From NCBI GenBank assembly GCA_001798075.1, contig MGRG01000002.1, positions 46,631 to 110,630 on the forward strand: 64,000 bases of DNA. The letters are read 5' to 3'. How positions within the stretch are numbered: position 1 is the stretch's first letter; every line of letters starts with the position of its first letter. Source of the DNA: Deltaproteobacteria bacterium RIFCSPHIGHO2_01_FULL_43_49 (lineage in GTDB: Bacteria; UBA10199; SPLOWO2-01-44-7). The translations under genes and the position numbers were made by a program. Shown piece after piece: positions 61,427-64,000 of the stretch. The notes below the pieces were generated by a model. The model was not told where the DNA came from. It searched no databases and saw nothing but the letters and a program-made list of their open reading frames with translations.

Positions 61427-61871
61427 CTCCTGCAAAAAGCTTTAGAAACTTTCGTTCCCCTTCCCCATCGTATGCAAGAAGTGAGGCAGGTCAGCGGTGT
61501 CACCTATATTAATGATTCAAAGGCCACCAATGTCGGGGCTGCTGTTAAGGCCTTGGCCAGTCTCAAAGCCCCCATTTTCTGGATCGCCGGAGGTAGGGAC
61601 AAGGGGGGGAGTTACGAACCGTTAAAAGAGTTGGTAAAAAAAAAGTCAAAAAAACTTACCTTTTTGGAGAAGCCAAACAAAAAATGGCCGCTCTGTTCCA
61701 AGAATGTGGAGATATTGTGATGACTAAAGATTTGAAAGAAGCCGTTCTGCTTATTTCAAAAGAGGCGAAATCGGGAGACACCGTTTTATTTTCTCCTGCT
61801 TGTTCCAGTTTTGACATGTTCAAAGATTATGAAGAACGGGGAGAAGCTTTTATCAATTTAGTAAAAAGTCT

Positions 61872-63017
61872 ATGAAAAATTGGGATGAAAATACAGTACG
61901 ACACACGAGATTTGATTATCCTTTGTTAATTATTGTCGTGTTGCTTTCTGGTCTGGGCTTAACGATGGTTTTCAGTTCCTCAGCCGTTTTGGCGCAGGAG
62001 CGTTTTGGAGACGGTCTTTTTTTCCTGAAAAAAATGTTAACCTACGCTTGTCTAGGATTTGCGGTGATGTCTCTCATCATGCGTGTTCCATACCTTTATT
62101 GGAAGAAATTAGTTTATCCTCTTTTTATTATCAGTTTTATTTTTATGCTTCTCACGCTTTATTCAGGATTGGGGTTGACGGTTAGTGGGGCTAGACGTTG
62201 GATTATTCTTGGGCCTTTTCATTTTCAAACCTCTGAGCTAGCAAAAATTGTCATTATTTTGTTTCTTGCCTATTCGCTTGAAAGAAAGAGCGAAAAAATG
62301 GAGCGTTTCGCCGTTGGTGTCGCCCCCAATATATTAATTCCAGGTATTTTGGTTTTGATGGTGTTGTTCAGCAAAGATTTGGGGACTGCCTTTGTGATGG
62401 GACTATTAATTGTTACGATGCTTTTTTTAGGGGGAACCAGTTTCAAACATCTCTTTTTTCTTTTTTTAGGTGCTGTCCCAATGTTTTTTTATCTTATCTT
62501 CCAAGAAGGTTACCGTGTCCGAAGAATCACTGGGTTTTTGAATCCGTGGGCCGATCGTTACGGTGCCGGTTTTCAAATGATCCAATCGTTGTTGGCCTTC
62601 AGTGAAGGAGGGATTTTGGGAAAAGGGTTGGGGGCTGGGCAACAAAAATTATTTTATCTGCCAGAGGCCCATACTGATTTTATTTTTTCCGTTTTGGGAG
62701 AAGAATTGGGGCTCATTGGCGTGATCATGACGATCGTCTTTTTTTTACTTTTTTGTCATCGAGGAATCAAGATTGCGACACAAGCACCCGATCTTTTTGG
62801 ACGCTATTTAGGGTTGGGGATTGTGATTTTGATTGGCCTCCAAAGCTTGCTCAATATGGCTGTTGTGATGGGCCTGCTCCCAACAAAGGGGCTTGTTTTG
62901 CCGTTTATCAGCTACGGCGGCTCGGCGTTAGTTATGACATTATTTAGTGTCGGCATTTTGTTGAATATTTCTATGTATCAGGCAGCGGGAACGCCGCCGA
63001 TGTTTAAAAAACGATGA
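61872..63017 (+). CDS. ftsW: Peptidoglycan glycosyltransferase FtsW (SEDS family)
   Basis: 381 aa polytopic protein. RWIILGPFHFQTSELAKI, PEAHTDFIFS and LPFISYGGSA motifs. Confidence 0.93.
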   Translation: MKNWDENTVRHTRFDYPLLIIVVLLSGLGLTMVFSSSAVLAQERFGDGLFFLKKMLTYACLGFAVMSLIMRVPYLYWKKLVYPLFIISFIFMLLTLYSGLGLTVSGARRWIILGPFHFQTSELAKIVIILFLAYSLERKSEKMERFAVGVAPNILIPGILVLMVLFSKDLGTAFVMGLLIVTMLFLGGTSFKHLFFLFLGAVPMFFYLIFQEGYRVRRITGFLNPWADRYGAGFQMIQSLLAFSEGGILGKGLGAGQQKLFYLPEAHTDFIFSVLGEELGLIGVIMTIVFFLLFCHRGIKIATQAPDLFGRYLGLGIVILIGLQSLLNMAVVMGLLPTKGLVLPFISYGGSALVMTLFSVGILLNISMYQAAGTPPMFKKR

Positions 63018-64000
63018 AAATACTTTTGGCTTGTGGTGGTACAGGAGGGCATTTGTTTCCAGGCATTGCACTAGCAGAAACCTTTGAAGAGAGGGTTCCC
63101 GGCGTGGAAATTGTTTTTGTTGGGACACCGCGTGGCCTAGAAAAAGATGTTTTACCCAAGACTCATTGGAGATTAGAAATGATTGCCTCCCAATCGTTAG
63201 CGGATAAAAAGGGAATTAAAAAAATTGAAGCAGGCTTTGGATTATTCAAAACACTCAAAGCCTCTTGTCATTTGATTAAAAAAGAAAAACCAGATCTTGT
63301 AATAGGCATTGGTGGATATGCTGCAGGTCCGATATTAATGATGGCCTCTTTGCTTCGCAAACCGACATTGACAGTAGAACCCAATGCAATCCCCGGCATG
63401 ACAACAAGACTTTTAAAACCTTTTGTCGATCGAGTCGTTGTTGCTTATCCTCAGTTAGAAGAAAAATTTGGCGCAAAGAAAGCGAGATTTTTTGGGGTTC
63501 CGGTCAGAAAAAGCATCATTAAAGGAGCCAAGATGGCGACCTTCATGGGCAAGAAGGTTGTCTTTATCTTTGGGGGGTCGCAAGGGGCAAAAACGATTAA
63601 TGAAGGCATTCTGGAAGCCCTGCCATTTTTGAAAGCTTTGAACGATAGGATTTATTTTATCCATCAAATTGGAAAACAAACCCCTGTCCATTTGGTTGAA
63701 AAAGCCTACCTTGAAAATGGATTTCAAGCAGAGGTCTACCCCTTCGTTGAAAAGATGGGGCCAATTTATGGCAGGGCAGATCTAGTTATTGCGAGGGCTG
63801 GGGCTAACACGTTGGCGGAACTGGTTGCATTAGCTAAGCCCTCTCTTTTGATTCCGTATCCACACGCTGCGGGAGGCCATCAAGAGTGGAATGCGAGGTC
63901 TTTAGAAAAAGAGGGTGGAACTAAAGTTTTGCTTGATTCAGAAGCAACGGGCGAAAAATTGGCCATGGAGATTCGGGCCCTGTTGGAATCACCTGGAATG
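63014..64000 (+). CDS. murG: Undecaprenyldiphospho-muramoylpentapeptide beta-N-acetylglucosaminyltransferase, 3' partial
   Basis: MKILLACGGTGGHLFPGIALAE start with an ATGA overlap with ftsW. The frame is open to the window end. Confidence 0.9.
   Translation, partial: MKILLACGGTGGHLFPGIALAETFEERVPGVEIVFVGTPRGLEKDVLPKTHWRLEMIASQSLADKKGIKKIEAGFGLFKTLKASCHLIKKEKPDLVIGIGGYAAGPILMMASLLRKPTLTVEPNAIPGMTTRLLKPFVDRVVVAYPQLEEKFGAKKARFFGVPVRKSIIKGAKMATFMGKKVVFIFGGSQGAKTINEGILEALPFLKALNDRIYFIHQIGKQTPVHLVEKAYLENGFQAEVYPFVEKMGPIYGRADLVIARAGANTLAELVALAKPSLLIPYPHAAGGHQEWNARSLEKEGGTKVLLDSEATGEKLAMEIRALLESPGM

Larger units (their letters stand above)
60491..61875 (+). pseudogene. murD: UDP-N-acetylmuramoylalanine--D-glutamate ligase, reading frame broken in an A8 run (sequencing error, slippage site or true frameshift)
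   Basis: Starts with an ATGA overlap with mraY. VVGFGKSG and VTGTNGKTTT motifs. Frame 1 ends at 61720 after non-MurD-like residues. The MurD C-terminus (VKKTYLFGEAKQKM...LFSPACSSFDMFKDYEERG) continues in the +1 frame from 61645 to 61875, with the switch at A8 61637-61644. Confidence 0.85.

Overview
This is a 64-kb chromosomal segment of a low-GC diderm bacterium; the taxon cannot be assigned from sequence alone. Most genes are core. They include a complex I operon, nuoC-D-E-F-G-H then J-K-L-M-N, with nuoC open at the window start. nuoI is missing from its canonical slot, which instead holds a reverse-strand vapBC pair and an ORFan. A small accessory island follows (ORC/Cdc6-like AAA+ ATPase with wHTH, DUF2971 protein, acidic ORFan). 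The rest comprises metG, holB, tmk, pepA, a receiver-only response regulator, a porin, a CDP-alcohol phosphatidyltransferase, the mpl-tamB-bamA operon, an acs-like ligase, peptidoglycan-recycling genes (ldcA, serine hydrolase), an NHL-repeat lipoprotein, mutY, dedA and a DtxR-family regulator. The window ends with the dcw cluster mraZ-STAS-rsmH-ftsL-ftsI-murE-murF-mraY-murD-ftsW-murG, with murG open at the window end. No rRNA, tRNA, CRISPR array, transposase or integrase was recognised. The gene list does not explain an unusually dense, modular population of palindromic or structured repeats. (i) Several intergenic hairpin families (H1, 6 copies; H2, 3 copies; H3, 4 copies; H4 and a linker hairpin) are nested inside one another, fill whole intergenic regions, show compensatory base changes between copies and keep invariant apical loops. 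(ii) Elements of the same repertoire, and 4-unit heptanucleotide arrays, sit in frame inside essential genes (nuoG, metG, mutY, murF, murD, a serine hydrolase). This resembles Rickettsia palindromic elements and cyanobacterial STRR repeats. (iii) A 340-nt structured insert separates murE from murF. In addition, murD carries an apparent frameshift in an A8 run. All calls rest on reading the sequence and motif recognition; no database search was possible.
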